Positions 50,951-64,000 of a DNA stretch of 64,000 nt are shown piece after piece (within the stretch, counting starts at the first letter, position 1; the number at the start of each line of letters is the position of its first letter). Made by a program: the position numbers and the translations under genes. Location of the stretch: the NCBI RefSeq assembly GCF_902459465.1, contig NC_047075.1, positions 12,214,001 through 12,278,000 on the forward strand. The letters run 5' to 3'. The notes under the pieces are model-generated. The model had not been told where the DNA came from. It ran no database searches and was given only the letters and a program-made list of their open reading frames with translations. This DNA comes from Asterias rubens. Lineage: Eukaryota.

Positions 50951-52614
50951 ATGGCGACAGATGGAAGGACAGATTATGAGGATGTAAAACTTTACTCTAT
51001 CTGCGCCCGTTACTTTGATGAGGGGCTTGGGAAAGTCATGTCGGTGTTACTGTCCCTCCGTGAATGCAATAAAGCGTCTACAGGCGAAAACATTTTCAAG
51101 ATACTACATTTTCAAGAACTTGACGAGTCTCACGTTCCCTGGAAAAATCTTGTTATAGTTTTGCTGCAGACAATGCATCGGTCATGCTGGGAAACAGAAG
51201 TTGCGGCATTTTTTACTACACGGGCATCATCTGTTTACAATTCAGGTTGGTGGCTTCAAAAGTCAATTCAGTTTGTTATTTAATTAACATGCATGCCATA
51301 ACTATTCAATTGTCCAAAATATGATTAAATTATGGTAGTTTTTAGACTTGGAGAGGATATAACCAAGAAAGACTAAATTTTAATCGATTTGTAGATCAGT
51401 TTGTTAATAAGTAAAATATACATGTATACGATATGTAGCATATTCTTATTCATACAACAATCTGAGCATTTGGGTTGACCACCCGTAGAGGAACCTCTGC
51501 CAAATTTTCCAATTTATTTCCGTTATGAAAATTATTGGCAACGCCCAAGTGAAGCAATATGTTATGCACCTGTCAGTATTCAATGAATGTAGGGGGGCCT
51601 ACTCACTGCAGTGCTACTTGTTTTTCTTCACAGGATGTGCTTGTCATTTGATGCACCTTGCTGCTGGTAAAGCAGCTGATCAACACCCTGTCAAGGTTGT
51701 TGAATTACTAGTCGATATATATTACTACCTCGAGAAGAGCAGCAAACGGAAACAAAAGTTCAGGGTGTGTCAAGAGAGGGCCGACGTTCCTAAACACAAG
51801 ATAGTCAACAAGTCTCTACCCGGTAGCTGTCATTAGAAAAGTACATCACACGACTCATGGAACAATGGAATGCAATACTTCCATACTTTCAAGGTCAGAT
51901 GGTCAGATGGCACTTGAGAATCAAAAAAAGGCAAAAGGCAGCTCCAAACGGAAAGATGCTCCCACTAAAACTGCTGAAACTGCTAAACTGAAGAAACAGA
52001 AGATAACCCATAGGGCGACTCCTGACTCTTCTAAGACATCCACTACTGCCAAGCCATCATCCATTGCCAGCACTTCCAAGCCACCAACCAGCACTGCCAA
52101 GCAACCAACCGGCACTGCCAAGCAACCAACCGGCACTGGCAAGCAACCAACCGGCACTGCCAAGCAACCTTCCAGCACTGCCAAGCAACCAACCAGCACT
52201 GCCAAGCAACCAACCAGCACTGCCAAGCAACCGACCAGCTCTGCCAAGCAACCGACCAGCACTGCCAAGCAACCTTCCAGCACTGCCAAGCAACCGACCA
52301 GCACTGCCAAGCAACCAATCAGCACTGCCAAGCCATCAACCAGCACTGCCAAGCAACCATCCAGCACTGCCAAGCAACCAACCAGCACTGCCAAGCAACC
52401 AATCAGCACTGCCAAGCCATCAACCAGCACTGCCAAGCAACCATCCAACACTGCCAAGCAACCAACCAGCACTGCCAAGCAACCAATCAGCACTGCCAAG
52501 CCATCAACCAGCACTGCCAAGCAACCAATCAGCACTGCCAAGCCATCAACCAGCACTTCCAAACCATGCACTGACAGCAATAGGAATACATCAACTTCCA
52601 ATACTGCCAAGTGA
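50951..52614 (+). pseudogene. hAT transposase catalytic core (intron-containing, frameshifted) ending in a Ser/Thr/Pro-rich repeat
   Basis: MATDG.TD (first catalytic Asp), ASTGENIF, GCACHLMHL (CxxH), DIYYYLEKSSKRK, RLMEQWNAILPYF. Confidence 0.8.
52043..52570 (+). repeat. 21-bp coding minisatellite (STAKQPT-type), about 24 units with a higher-order pattern
   Basis: Variants of gcactgccaagcaaccaacca; the QPS-QPT-QPI-PST block recurs. Confidence 0.95.
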
Positions 52615-52814
52615 TCAACTACTTCTGCAAAATCAGCTACCTCTAGTAACAGTACTCTGAAGCCAGCTATTTTTGTTCCTTATAATTTTTTTGTTTTGTG
52701 TGTTATGATTTTTAATGGTTCGTTGTTTGCAATGTTCGCAAAATAATCTTGTGTATAAAAAATAAGTGTACTTAAAAAAAAATCAAACTATTGACAAATT
52801 AATAGATTATTAGG

Positions 52815-55030
52815 GTAGAGGCGGGTAAATTCGACAGGGAGCAGAATTCGACAGGTCATTAATGATATGCATGATAAAATAAATACATCAGAGCTTGTAG
52901 TAAAAACAAATGTGTCATGTGTCTTACTTTTCCGGCTGATTGTTCTCGTCGTTCTAACAATTTTATTAGAAGTTCCAAGAAAGAGAAGAAATACGCTGAA
53001 AACTAGGTGAGTACATGCAGTGCGCTATACGCGCCATTGCTGTTGTGTGACGTAAGAGGTGTAGAATGCCCAGGGGGGCCATAGAAACATCAGAGAATAG
53101 TTCATGAGAGAATTTCATTTGGCCAATTTTCACGACGGGTCTACTATGGAATATAAGGGTGTGGGAACATAGGGGTGACGGAATATAGGGGTGTCGGAAT
53201 ATAGGTGAGTTGTCGGAATATAGGGTTGTCGGAACAAAGGGCTGTTGGAACATAGGGATGTCGGAATATGGAGCAGTCACCGGAATTGTGATGATAAATG
53301 TTAGTTAAAGGGGGGTTGGGAACTTGTCAACATTCGTCCATTAAACAATGTTCCTTAAATATTAATTTCAGGATCATGCTTCGCACCAAGAAACCATACT
53401 CTGCGGAGACACTTTAACGGGCATACAACTCCTTCACAAATAGTGAGATGTCCGTAAACAGAGCCAGCCGAGTGTTTGAAGTTCCACAAACAACACTCAT
53501 GGACAAAGTTCACCACAGAACACCCATCCACACCACCCAAGGACCCAAGCCTATACTCACGACGGAAGAGGAGAAGCAGCTGGCAGACTGGGTCATTCAA
53601 ATGGCTAAATTTGGTTGTGGCCGCACACGGAAAGAGCGGGTGCTGGTGGTGAAGAAGATCATCGACGAAGACGGGCTAGCCAACCCCATCAAGAACAACA
53701 CGCCAGGGAAGGAGTGGGTCAGTTTTCTGAAACTTCATCGAGAAATCTCCCTTAGAGTTCCTGAGGCCTTGGGCAAAGAGCGAGCCTGTGTGACCAAAGG
53801 AAAGATCTACAGATAGTTTGACGTAATGGCAAGATATTTTAAAGGTGAACATGTTGACAGCGGCAACCTCAGCATCTTTAACAACCCTGAGAGGATATTC
53901 AAAGCTGACGAAAGCGGGTTTCCACTGGCAGGAAAGACGTACTACGCAGAGCTAAAGACATATACCAGCAGACGTCATGGGATAAAACCCGGATAACCAT
54001 CATGGCGTGTGCCAATGCACCAATGATGAGGGGCTAGGTTTAACTACAACCACGTGGCAGGGGCACCTGAGGGCACATCAGTTTCTTCCAACAGTAAAGT
54101 CACGCCTAATTAGTCTCCCTGTAATTCTCTTCGTTGCTGGACATAGTACCAACGGCAACCTGCAGACGGCTATGTTTTGCAGAGATAGTGGCATAATCCT
54201 ATACTTTTTTTATTGCCTCCCATCCCATTGCACCCATCTAATTCAACCCCCCGATGTAGCTGTGTTCCGGTCGCTGAAGAAGGAGTGGTTTGACTGCGTC
54301 CGCAAGTACCAGACGGACAACCCTGGTGCCCAAGTTACAAAGAAGAGTTTTGCAGTGGTCTTCAATATCTCTTGGAGATCGTCAGCCATTGCGACCAGTG
54401 CCATTAATGGTTTCAGGAAATGTGGGCTCTTTCCCTTGAATCGGCAAGCTGCGACATTAGTAAGCTGCAGCATCAAGTGTTCCCACACCTTGGCAGCCTC
54501 GCTGAAAGCAACCAAGCACCTCAACCTCAAATCAATCTCCCCCTGAAAGAAATGACACAGCCCTCCGCACCATCAGAGAAACACGCCGCCCCCTTCGCAC
54601 CATCAGAGGAATACGCCACTGCCTCCTCTGCACAAGCGGCACTCGACACCCTAGAAAGTATTATTTCTCCAGGGAACAGACAGCTATTCGTCAGGCGACG
54701 AGCGGAAGGTTACAACTTAGAGGGCGACGAGTTGTATACAGCATGGAACAACCTGATTGAATCTGCTGAGGACATCACTGTAGCCCCTCAAGATCGGGGA
54801 CTGGATCCAGTTCCACACGCTAGCTCCAGCCCCTGGTACAGATCCATTCTTCAGACGAAACACATTGCGGTGCTACTACCACGTCAGCAGTCTTTTATAA
54901 TTACCTGAGGAACCCAGTTCACCCCAAGAAAGTGCCAGCCGCACTAACCAAAACGACCAAGTTCCCAAAGCTGTTTCAGGTTCAAGTTTCATCGCCTACC
55001 TCCACGAAAAGGAAAAGAAAAAAAAAACGG
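52815..55030 (+). mobile_element. Decayed pogo-family transposon: putative left end ~52815 and transposase from ATG 53376 (HTH_psq, CENP-B HTH, DDE_1)
   Basis: MSVNRASRVFEVPQTTLMDKV; GPKPILTTEEEKQLADWV; PGKEW; (N)ADESGFPL; LPSHCTHLIQPPDVAVFRSLK; several stops and frameshifts. Confidence 0.85.
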
Positions 55031-55039
55031 ACGAAGAAG

Positions 55040-58000
55040 ATGCTACATGTATCATCAAAGGCGAAAGATGGTTATGTGGTTCTTATTACTGCCCCCTCAT
55101 GATGCAACATCACTGGATCGTCTCGAAAATGCCTTGCTCGCCATGAACTTAAGTCAATATGCTAATATCGCCATAATGGGTGATTTTAATATAAACTGGA
55201 TGGAAGACCACGCTCTTTTGTTTCAGTTGAAAAATTTCACCTCTGCCCATGGACTCCATCAACTCATCAATGATCCTACTCACACCATGCCTAACAAAAG
55301 TGCTACCTTATTGGACTTGGTTTTACTACAAATCCAAGTGACTAACATTTCTGTTCATGATCCATTTTCCACATCTGATCATTCCATGATCAGTTTCTGC
55401 ATTCGCGGGTCTCCACGGGTCATGTCTAGAACAATGAATCGGCATTATCTTTATGCCAAGTGCAACACTGCGTATCTACGTGAGCTGGTAAGACGTTGCC
55501 CCTGGGACACAGCTTACTCTGGAGGTGTTGATGCCACATGGAACCAGTTGCTGGACCTTTTTTTTTCTTGTGTCAATGCGAGCATACCATGCAAAAGTCA
55601 ACGCAAACGCAGGAAATTTGGGGTCACAAGTGACATTCTTAAACTTGTCTCACTGAAACGGAAGTGCTTTCACAGAGTAAGAACATGTACAAATGATTAA
55701 CTTCGTAAGAACTTGTGGGGTCAACATTGCTCTGTTCGGAACAGATTGAAAAATAAGGTTAAATCTGCTAAAGCTAAGCATATTAATGACTTATTGAATC
55801 TTAAGGACAATGGTAAGCGTTTCTGGTCTTACATCCGAAACAAACGTTCTGTTGCTGAGGTAAGGGCATTTAAAATCAATGGTCTCATGTCAACTGACCC
55901 TATTGTAATAGCAAATGCTTTCAATAAAAGATTCACATCCCACTTTACCAAACCCAGCACAGGTAACGATATTACTTCACCTTCATTGGACATTCCTAAC
56001 ATGGGTTCTGTGTTAATCTCAACTTGGCGAGGAATTACAATCAGCTTATCGCCCCCTACACAGCACTGAGACTGCACTGCTTCATGTCAAAAACAACATT
56101 ATGGAATACATCCACAATCAACAAGGTGTGTTCCTGGTATTTCTTGACCTTTCTGCCGCGTTCGACACGGTTGAGCATAATATTTTGATGAGTCGAATGG
56201 CGAATGAAATCGGTCTTAGAGGAACAGCACTAGAGTGGTGCAAGTCTTATTTCACTGACAGATCGACCAAAGTCTGTATCAATGACACTTTCTCAGACCC
56301 CCATCATGCGAACTATGGTCTTCCACAAGGTTCAATCGTCGGTCCAGGTTCGTTCAAGATTTACATCATCCCAATCGGTCGCATTATTAGTAAACATCAC
56401 ATTCAATACCATATGTACGCCGACGACATCCAGCTATTCCTGAGTTTCAATCCTTCGGACTCTTCTTCCATTCAATCTGCTCTGTCGAGGCTCTCAGCTT
56501 GCATCTCTGAAATCAAATCGTGGATGACAAATAACATGCTCAAACTCAATGATAAGAAGACCGAATTCTTCATTGCCATTTCATCTCATAATAAACGCAA
56601 AATGCCTCCGGTGCACCTCCAGATTGGTACTGAAATTGTACTTCCATCTGAGACTGTACGCAATCTCGGGGTGCTGTTTGACAATCAACTATCAATGTCG
56701 TCTCATGTTACAAGCCTGTGTACTAACGTGACTTACCATCTCCGAAACATCACCCGCATACGGAGGTTCCTTGACAGAGACTCATGCCATCATATCATAC
56801 GATCCTTGGTACTTTCCAGATTGGATTACGCAAACGCAATTCTACTTGGCTCCAAAGCATCTGACATCTCCAAACTTCAAAAACTGCAAAATTGGGCGGC
56901 TAAACTTATTTTTTGTGCCAACAAGAGTGATCATGCCACACCTTTCATACATCAGCTTCACTGGCTTAACATCAACAACAGAATAAAATTTAAAATACTG
57001 GTCATTGTTTACAAATGCCTAAATGGTCTCTGCCCATCATACCTCACTTCATTCTTGTCACTCTATGCTCCTGAACGCACTGGATTGCGCTCTTCAACTG
57101 ACACAACTAGACTAGCGGTACACACAATTCACCCTCGCACTCTCAAATCAGCTGCTGACCGGTCATTTTCATTTGTTGCCCCCCAACTTTGGAACACTTT
57201 GTCTGCTTCTCTACGTTCTGCTGCTTCAATTCACACTTTCAAGAAAGGACTCAAAACGCATCTTTATACACAGTGATGTTTTATTTTTATTTTATTTTTT
57301 ACTTTGCTTCATCACAACCGCCGTGATCTAGATGGAATGGCGGTATATAAATACCTTGTTGTATGTATGTATGTATGTAACTCATGATGTGGTTAAAAAA
57401 AATAAAGAAAATGCCTGCTGGTAAAGCTGCCGGCCCGGATGGGGTCACTGTTAAAATGTTGAAATTGTGTGTGATGGAGATCGCTCCCATTCTGACAAAG
57501 TTTTTCAGTTTTTCTCTTGATCAGGGTATTGTGCCAAGTGCTTGGAAAGTTGCCAATGTTGTCCCTATTCACAAACAGGCTGTCAGGAGCGACATTGGCA
57601 ACTATCGTCCCGTTGCCCTCACCTGTGTTTTTTCTAAGCTACTTGGGAGTATTGTTTCTGATAATCTTCGTTCCCATCTGGAAGTGAATGGTCTGATGTA
57701 TGATTTTCAGCATGGTTTCAGGCCAGGCCGTTCTTGTGCAACACTCCTTGCTGACACAATAACGGAGTGGTCTGAAACACTGGATCAAGTCAAGTCATGT
57801 TTGCATGTTATATCTCTTGATTATAGTAAAGCGTTTGATTGTATTTCTCATAATATTCTTGTAAAGAAACTCGGATATTCCTATGGGATCCATGATTCCT
57901 TACTTTGCTGGATTAATTCATTCCTCACTGGGAGAAAACAAAAGGGAGTTTTTCACGGATCTGAATCAGGCTGGTCTAATGTCACTTCTGGAGCACCACA

Positions 58001-59405
58001 GGGGTCTGTCTTGGGGCCTTTGCTTTTTAACATTTATCTTAATGACTAACATATGCAGCTGTCTAACTCTCCTCGCCACTATGCTGATGACACTTTTTTG
58101 TATAGACAAATTCAGGGAGAAAATGATACTTTGTCCCTCCAGAGAGATCTTGACGAGATAAGTGCCTGGTCCAATAGAAATTTACTCCTTTTGAATCCAG
58201 GTAAATGCAAGTTTCTTTCCATCTCTAGAATGCGTCGCTGGTCATACCAGGCTTCATATTCCATAAATATTATGCTTATTTGAGAGGTCACTGAGCTTAA
58301 ACTACTTGGTGTACTTGTTCAAAACAATCTCTCCTGGGATGCGCATGTTAATTTTGTCACAGGTAGATCCTATAGAACTTTGGGTTTTATTCGTCATGTT
58401 GTGGGAGACTGCAACTCTAAAACACTGCTCACTTTGTACAAGTCTAATGTTTTACCTCTTTTAGATTATTGTTCTCCTGTTTGGCATACTTATCGTGTTA
58501 AACACGAGACTCAACTAGAAAAGGTTCAGAGGTATGCCACAAGGTTAATGCTTCATCAAAGGAGACAGGAACAACCCTACAATAGCAGGCTTATAGAAAC
58601 AGGGCTTTCAACCCTAAGTAGTAGAAGAGAATATCTGTTCTTTGCTTTTGTATGTAAACAATTAGTTGCTCACAATCATATAGGTGCCTTGTCATCCTTT
58701 TTATGCAAAATCTTGGTTAATGCTAGACACAAAGATGAACTTGTTTTTCATCATTTATCAGCCCGTACCTATTTGTTTAAATTTTCCATCCCCTGCCGTT
58801 TTGCTCGTGGCTGGAGCAACTTGCCTACTGACCTTGTTAACGATTTCATATGTGCCCCCTTACAGGAATTTTTATCTAAGCTCAAAAACCATTTTGATGT
58901 AAAGACTGGCTTTTTAAAGTTCTTGTTTTGCTCGTTTGCCTTTTTGTCCCTTGATTTGTATCATGTTCTATGCTTTTTAATTATTTTTATTATTGTTCAA
59001 ATTTTTCCACCCCCTGCTGTTTTGCTCTTAGATTGAGTTACTTGCCTGCTTACAATGTCTTTTCATATGTGTCCCCTTATCGGAATTTTGTTGTATTGCT
59101 CTTTAACCATTTTGATGTATAGACTTGCTTTTTTTACGTATATCATTTTATGTGTGTTTATCTGTGTATGTCTATGCTTGTTTGCCTTTTCAAATTGTTT
59201 AGTGATTTGTATTATCTTCTGTGCTTTTTTATATGCCCCCTCTTGCCTTAATGTATTTTTTAGGGTTTTAGGAGACATACGCCTTTTGGCGACAGTTATT
59301 TTTTTATGCTCTCCTGGGCACCCCACTGTTGTTTTACTTTGTTTTCTTAGATATTTGTAATGTATGTACATGTGCTTGTAAGTGTTATTGCCCGAATAAA
59401 TATTA
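55040..59405 (+). mobile_element. Degenerate CR1/L2-group LINE ORF2 (APE + RT) with 3' UTR and ATT tail, split by a younger L2 insertion
   Basis: APE: IMGDFN, LLDLVL, SDHSMI. RT: KAAGPDG, GFRPGRSC, LDYSKAFD, PQGSVLGPLLF, YADDT. The two halves rejoin as SVLIST-HDVV. Confidence 0.88.
56025..57378 (+). mobile_element. Young 5'-truncated L2-type LINE (open RT C-terminal ORF to 57276, (TATG)n tail) with an AACT duplication at the junctions
   Basis: QSAYRPLHSTETAL, FLDLSAAFDTV, GLPQGSIVGP, YADDIQLF, ADRSFSFVAPQLWN; about 415 codons without a stop; AACT at 56021-56024 and 57379-57382. Confidence 0.92.
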
Positions 59406-59521
59406 TTATTATTAACATGGGGGTGTCGGAATAACGAGCAGTCACCGAAGAAACTATTGCTAAGATCAGTACAACAGCAAGCATAAATTTACACAGATTT
59501 CAAATTTGCGGACTGCTTTAA

Positions 59522-59820
59522 AGGCAGTGGACACTATTGGTAATTACTCAAAATAATTATCATCATAAAACCTTTCTTGATTACGAGTAATGTGGAGAGG
59601 TTGACGGTGTAAAACATTGTGAGAAACAGCTCCCTCTGAAGTGACGTAGTTTTTGAGAATTTTCCACGAATTTGATTTCGAGACCTCAAGTTTAGAATTT
59701 GAGGTCTCGAAATCAAGCATCAGAAAGCACACAACTTCGTGTGACAAGGGTGTTTTTTTCTTTCAGATACACCTAGTAAGAAGACTGGTCTTTGACAATT
59801 ACCAATAGTGTCCACTGTCT
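59522..59820. mobile_element. MITE family B copy, TTAA TSD
   Basis: TTAA|AGGCAGTGGACACTATTGGT ... ACCAATAGTGTCCACTGTCT|TTAA. Confidence 0.9.
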
Positions 59821-60912
59821 TTAATTTAAAAATCATAATAACCTGATGTTGGTCTACAGACCAGGTTGTAAACCCAAAGCCTGCACTGACTCTGTCATAA
59901 TTAAAAGCAAACATTAAAAGGTAGAACTTAACTCACTTGACTTTACCCGGCCTATCTGGTCATTTCAAACATCTTGCAAATATAAACATGAAAACATGAA
60001 AGAAAAAAATGCTGTTTCATGAGTGGTCTCTTTCACCTTTCATCATTTTATGGCTGTTTTATTTGGTTGACGAGCTTCATATGCCCTGACCTCCCTGACT
60101 GCTGGTTTTACATATTCTGGGAGGTCATATACAACAATCTGCAAATCTCCCACACTAGCTTGACTTGCTGGGAGTTGCTTTCAATGAGAATGCACTGAAG
60201 AAGGCCAAACATTAATCAAAGGAAAGTGTTCTTCCTGGACATTAATCGGGTGCATCCATTTTACTAAACTGTCGTAACATTGCGATGACAGTCATCAAAC
60301 TGTTACAGGCTTACAGTTGAAACGAGGCACACTTCATGGCAGGGACTATGTACTTCTTACAGTTCAATACTCAGTCGGCAAGTTGAACTTGGCATTGGTG
60401 TCGACGACCCTGTGATAGAGTAATCAAACCAAGTGTACATGGAGAAGAAGACGCAGGCAGGAATGTAGGAAAAAGCTTAAAACTCGATTGCAGTAGAAGC
60501 ATCTGACATGGCCTACGACACTAAGGGATACCAGAATAAATCTATTCAACAATCAAAAAGTTTGTTTTCAGGTTGATAGTCAAAGAGTATTTAATAAAAT
60601 TAAGGATTTATTCCAATCCAACACCACAATCATTATGAAAAAGTTTTATATAAACTTTTGATTGCTGTCATTAACTCAAGGCAATAATTAAAATGTTAAT
60701 GTGTGACCATACAAGGTTTTAAATGTAGTATGGGGGTGTTAATCAAAAATGCATTTACTGAAAAACGACTCATTTAGCCTGACCGCATCACATGTATGTC
60801 ATGAAATTGAATGGTTATTGCTATTGCACTGTACCTTGTAGACTAAGACTACATTATCCGGCTGTATGATCGCTGAATCCACTCTGCTGATGTCATTCAG
60901 CATACTAACAAC

Positions 60913-60989
60913 GGTCGGCCAGTTATGGGAGTCAAATTTTTGACCCCCATAATGGCCGATCGTGTTTGACTCCCATAACTGGCAGACCG
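60913..60989. repeat. Hairpin with ~25-bp arms and a third, degenerate arm copy in the loop
   Basis: CGGTCGGCCAGTTATGGGAGTCAAA ... TTTGACTCCCATAACTGGCAGACCG. Confidence 0.75.
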
Positions 60990-61069
60990 TGCTAGTTCGC
61001 ACAGTAAAAAGAAAACCACGCAAATTCGATGCATGTTTGTGTTGATCATTGTATTCTACTTTTACAGTT

Positions 61070-61165
61070 GCGGGGACCAGCGATGGAGAATGCACGGTCT
61101 CCAAACTTCCTTGAGGATCGAGGTACTACTAGATTGGATTGAGATCGAAGACCTTCACGTTTGGG
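61070..61165 (-). mobile_element. Short L2 3' ORF fragment
   Basis: VPRSSRKFGDRAFSIAGPQL. Confidence 0.55.
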
Positions 61166-61970
61166 TTTGCTGAGATCTAGTGTGTCTGAAATGTAGGATG
61201 GGAAAGTATTGGATACAGTTATGTATACTTACTGGGTCATTAACAACTATACATGTTGCATTTTTTTCTTTCTTTTTCGACTTAGTTTTTCAATTGTTGC
61301 TGCTGCCAATTCTAAGTCTGTTGTCCAGTGTATTTTCTGAAAGTAAACACATACTTTGGATTTTGTGTTTTGAAACGAAAAAGACGGGTAAGGCGAACTG
61401 GTGGTGGCAGTGAGCCTGCTGAGCTGACAACGGCTCAGCTGTTACTTTCAGATTTTCCCTCAAATTTAAATGGCATTGTTATGAAAATCATGAGGGTGTT
61501 TTTTGGTGTCCACGTATTGAAATTTGAAACCGAAAGGAGCTGAGATTGAACCTGAAAAGCAGGAGCCTATAAATCATTCCTCATTAATAGTGTTTACCAA
61601 TAATTTTTGTGAACCTCATGGGTTAATTGTGATTTTTCCTCAAAATACAACTTAAACACAACCTTTGTACACAAGCAACGTTTTATTTTGAACATTTTTA
61701 ATTATTTATAACCACTAACTTCTCCTTTGTATGGGACCACATATTTGTTGTATTGGCATAATATTCAAAGTTAAAACTACACATACATGAAAGGTTGATG
61801 GTTTTCATGAGTTTTACCGTTTTTTGTGTAACTTTGAAGTTAAACAGTGATTTTACAGATAAATGCACACCGGATCAATTGAAAAGACAACGACTGTGCT
61901 CGGCTCACACATCTCATGGTGAATGGAAAAGGTATTTTTGATAATCTAATTGAAGGATGAACAACTTTAA

Positions 61971-62296
61971 AGCCATTGGACACTTTCGATGAACAGTATT
62001 GTCTAAAGGCCCACACTTCGTGTATCACAACCTTTATATAAAATAACAAACCTGTGAATATTTAGGCTCAATCGGTCATCGGGAAAAAAATAACGGGAAA
62101 ACCCAACTTTGTTTCCGCACGTTTCGCCGTGTCATGACATGTGTTCAAAATAAATCCGTAATTCTCGAAAAGTAAAGCATTTGATGAAATAATATTTCAT
62201 GAGAAGTCTTTCACCATTACCTTCTGTAGACCCAAGTTATTTGTATTGTAAATCTGTGATAATTTTTCTTTCCTGTTCCGAAAGTGAATAATGACT
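61971..62296. mobile_element. MITE family A copy
   Basis: TTAA|AGCCATTGGACACTTTCG ... CCGAAAGTGAATAATGACT|TCAA; body similar to 17387-17752. Confidence 0.8.
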
Positions 62297-64000
62297 TCAA
62301 AAGTCCCTAAAGGCACACTGTTTGTGTTTACTCAAAATAATTGTTAGCATAAAAACTTATTTTGTACCGAGCAATTGAGATTTCCCAATTGACACAAATG
62401 TCGGTGACTGGCAATCGATCAGTCTTTGCTAAAACATAACTACAAGGACAAGTAAACCAGCACAAGAAGATGAAAAGCGCTGCCCTTGCAGGTGAAATGT
62501 AGGAACACGCCCTAGAGAAACAACACCCCATTGAAAATATTGTGAAAAACATCTCGAAGTAGTACATACAATTTATTGTTATCCTTTCCGGTTAGTGTTA
62601 TTCTCCAATCAAATGGCAAAGATCTACAATGGTGTTATATCAAACAAATAAAATTTTTTTTTATTCATTTGTGCAACAGTTCGAATCTTTTTATCCGCCT
62701 CGTTGAATTCAACATTCAATCTTCCAACTCATCAAAATAATATTACCATTGCACTCATTACCATTAGTTATTGTTTGTTTCAAACCTTTGAATTCCATTT
62801 TCAAAACTATTTTTCTTTGATAACAAAAACTTACCGAATGCCACTTTGTTTTTGATAAGATAAACTCCAACTGCTGGAATTTTTTGTAAAGCATCACAGA
62901 TTTTGGGAGCTAATCAAATTATTTTCAAATTTGAACTTGTGAAAAATCTCAAAGATATTGACAACTTGCTCACGCGGAAGTCATGCAAATATCGTATGAA
63001 ATACGTTAAAAAATATAATTGTCAAAATTATCATAGAACGAGTTTGAATACCAGAGAAAAGTCGACCATATTTCCATTTGTTGCATATTGCTTTTTACTT
63101 GTATTCAGCTGTTTGTTTATCCTCAAAAACATGTGGAAATTTGGTTGGTTATTCTGTTTTTATCGATGGCAAAATTTCATGCTAGGCAAATTGTTGTGCT
63201 AAGCAGCGTTTTGAAATTGGCACCAACAGTCTCGCGACATACCGAGAGTCGGATTGCTAAGTCCGTGATGATGAAGCGGAATGACTGAATGAGCTGTTTG
63301 ACTATTTCATGCTGTATAAATTGAAGTTGCTGGCTAAAGAAAGAATCCCAAAACATTGCTTTCTTATCATTTATCACACAAGCCTCGGGAGGAGGCGCAA
63401 GGCGAGGTCGGAGCTTGCTTATGGGGCTGGCAATGCTGTGCCTGACAGTATTAATCTTAGAAACCATGTGTGTACTTGGAGGCCTGTTGGATCATGGTTG
63501 CTTAAAACGTATTGGACACTGTTGGTGATAACTCAAAAAGTCCGTAAGCATGTATATGGTAACAGTCAAAAGAGAGCTGTACAAAATATGAACCCTTGTA
63601 ATTTGAGAAACGGCACCCTCTTACGTAACATAGTTTTTACAAAACTTCGCTGAATGCATTCTATTTCGCATATGAAAACACACAATGCAACATTGATGTA
63701 ATTTCTTTCATTATGATGCTGCGTTTTAGATGACCAAGAAAATGTTTAGCCAAACGTTTCACAGGTTTGTTATTATGGTCACTTATGGGATACATCAAGT
63801 GAGAAAACTGGTCTGGGTGTGTTCTGTCTAACAATTGATGTCTTTCATTGTAATATTTGAAACATCCGATCAGCGAGTTTCTCTGTACAAACTATCTCGA
63901 GTGACAGCATGACAAAAGGATCATAGCAGCAATCATGTCAAAGTACCTGTTATTTGATAAGTTAGTATGAGAATTATCTGGTAATCTGCTCGGGAGGAAA

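Noticed and set aside
51921-52660. ORFs 51921-52610 (-), 52064-52660 (+) and other alternate-frame ORFs as separate genes
   Set aside because: They are stop-free readings of the 21-bp minisatellite.
53160-59448. GTCGGAATA..GAGCAGTCACCG at ~53260 and ~59425 as LTRs or TIRs bounding one large element
   Set aside because: They are short, in the same orientation, and enclose unrelated pogo and LINE pieces; more likely two remnants of one repeat end.
62300-64000. Short ORFs as host exons
   Set aside because: No recognisable motifs or consistent splice chain.

Overview
This is eukaryotic genomic DNA: AT-rich, with GT-AG introns and a 100-N scaffold gap at 18216-18315. It is probably a marine invertebrate; an echinoderm/sea star is my inference from remembered repeat families, not a search. 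I found no convincing host gene. The window is a dense nest of mobile elements: an intron-containing AcademHP-like transposon (RecQ-type helicase plus convergent PHD-bearing transposase), Sola2-like, Harbinger/ISL2EU, hAT, pogo, DIRS, several LINEs, a Penelope fragment, a tRNA-derived SINE, TTAA-targeting MITEs and satellites. Two things stand out. (1) Two related but distinct endogenous parvovirus fragments (11.4-13.3 kb and 45.4-50.9 kb, both minus strand) together reconstruct a near-complete monosense genome: small left ORF, long NS1 (HUH + SF3 helicase), a separate middle ORF, and VP1 with a PLA2 domain and Gly-rich tract. This layout does not match the ambisense densoviruses known from sea stars. 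(2) A very young full-length Gypsy LTR retrotransposon (35673-44249) carries an intact SGNH/GDSL hydrolase ORF in the env position, behind a candidate splice acceptor. All translations and alignments were done by eye; family assignments need HMM and phylogenetic confirmation.
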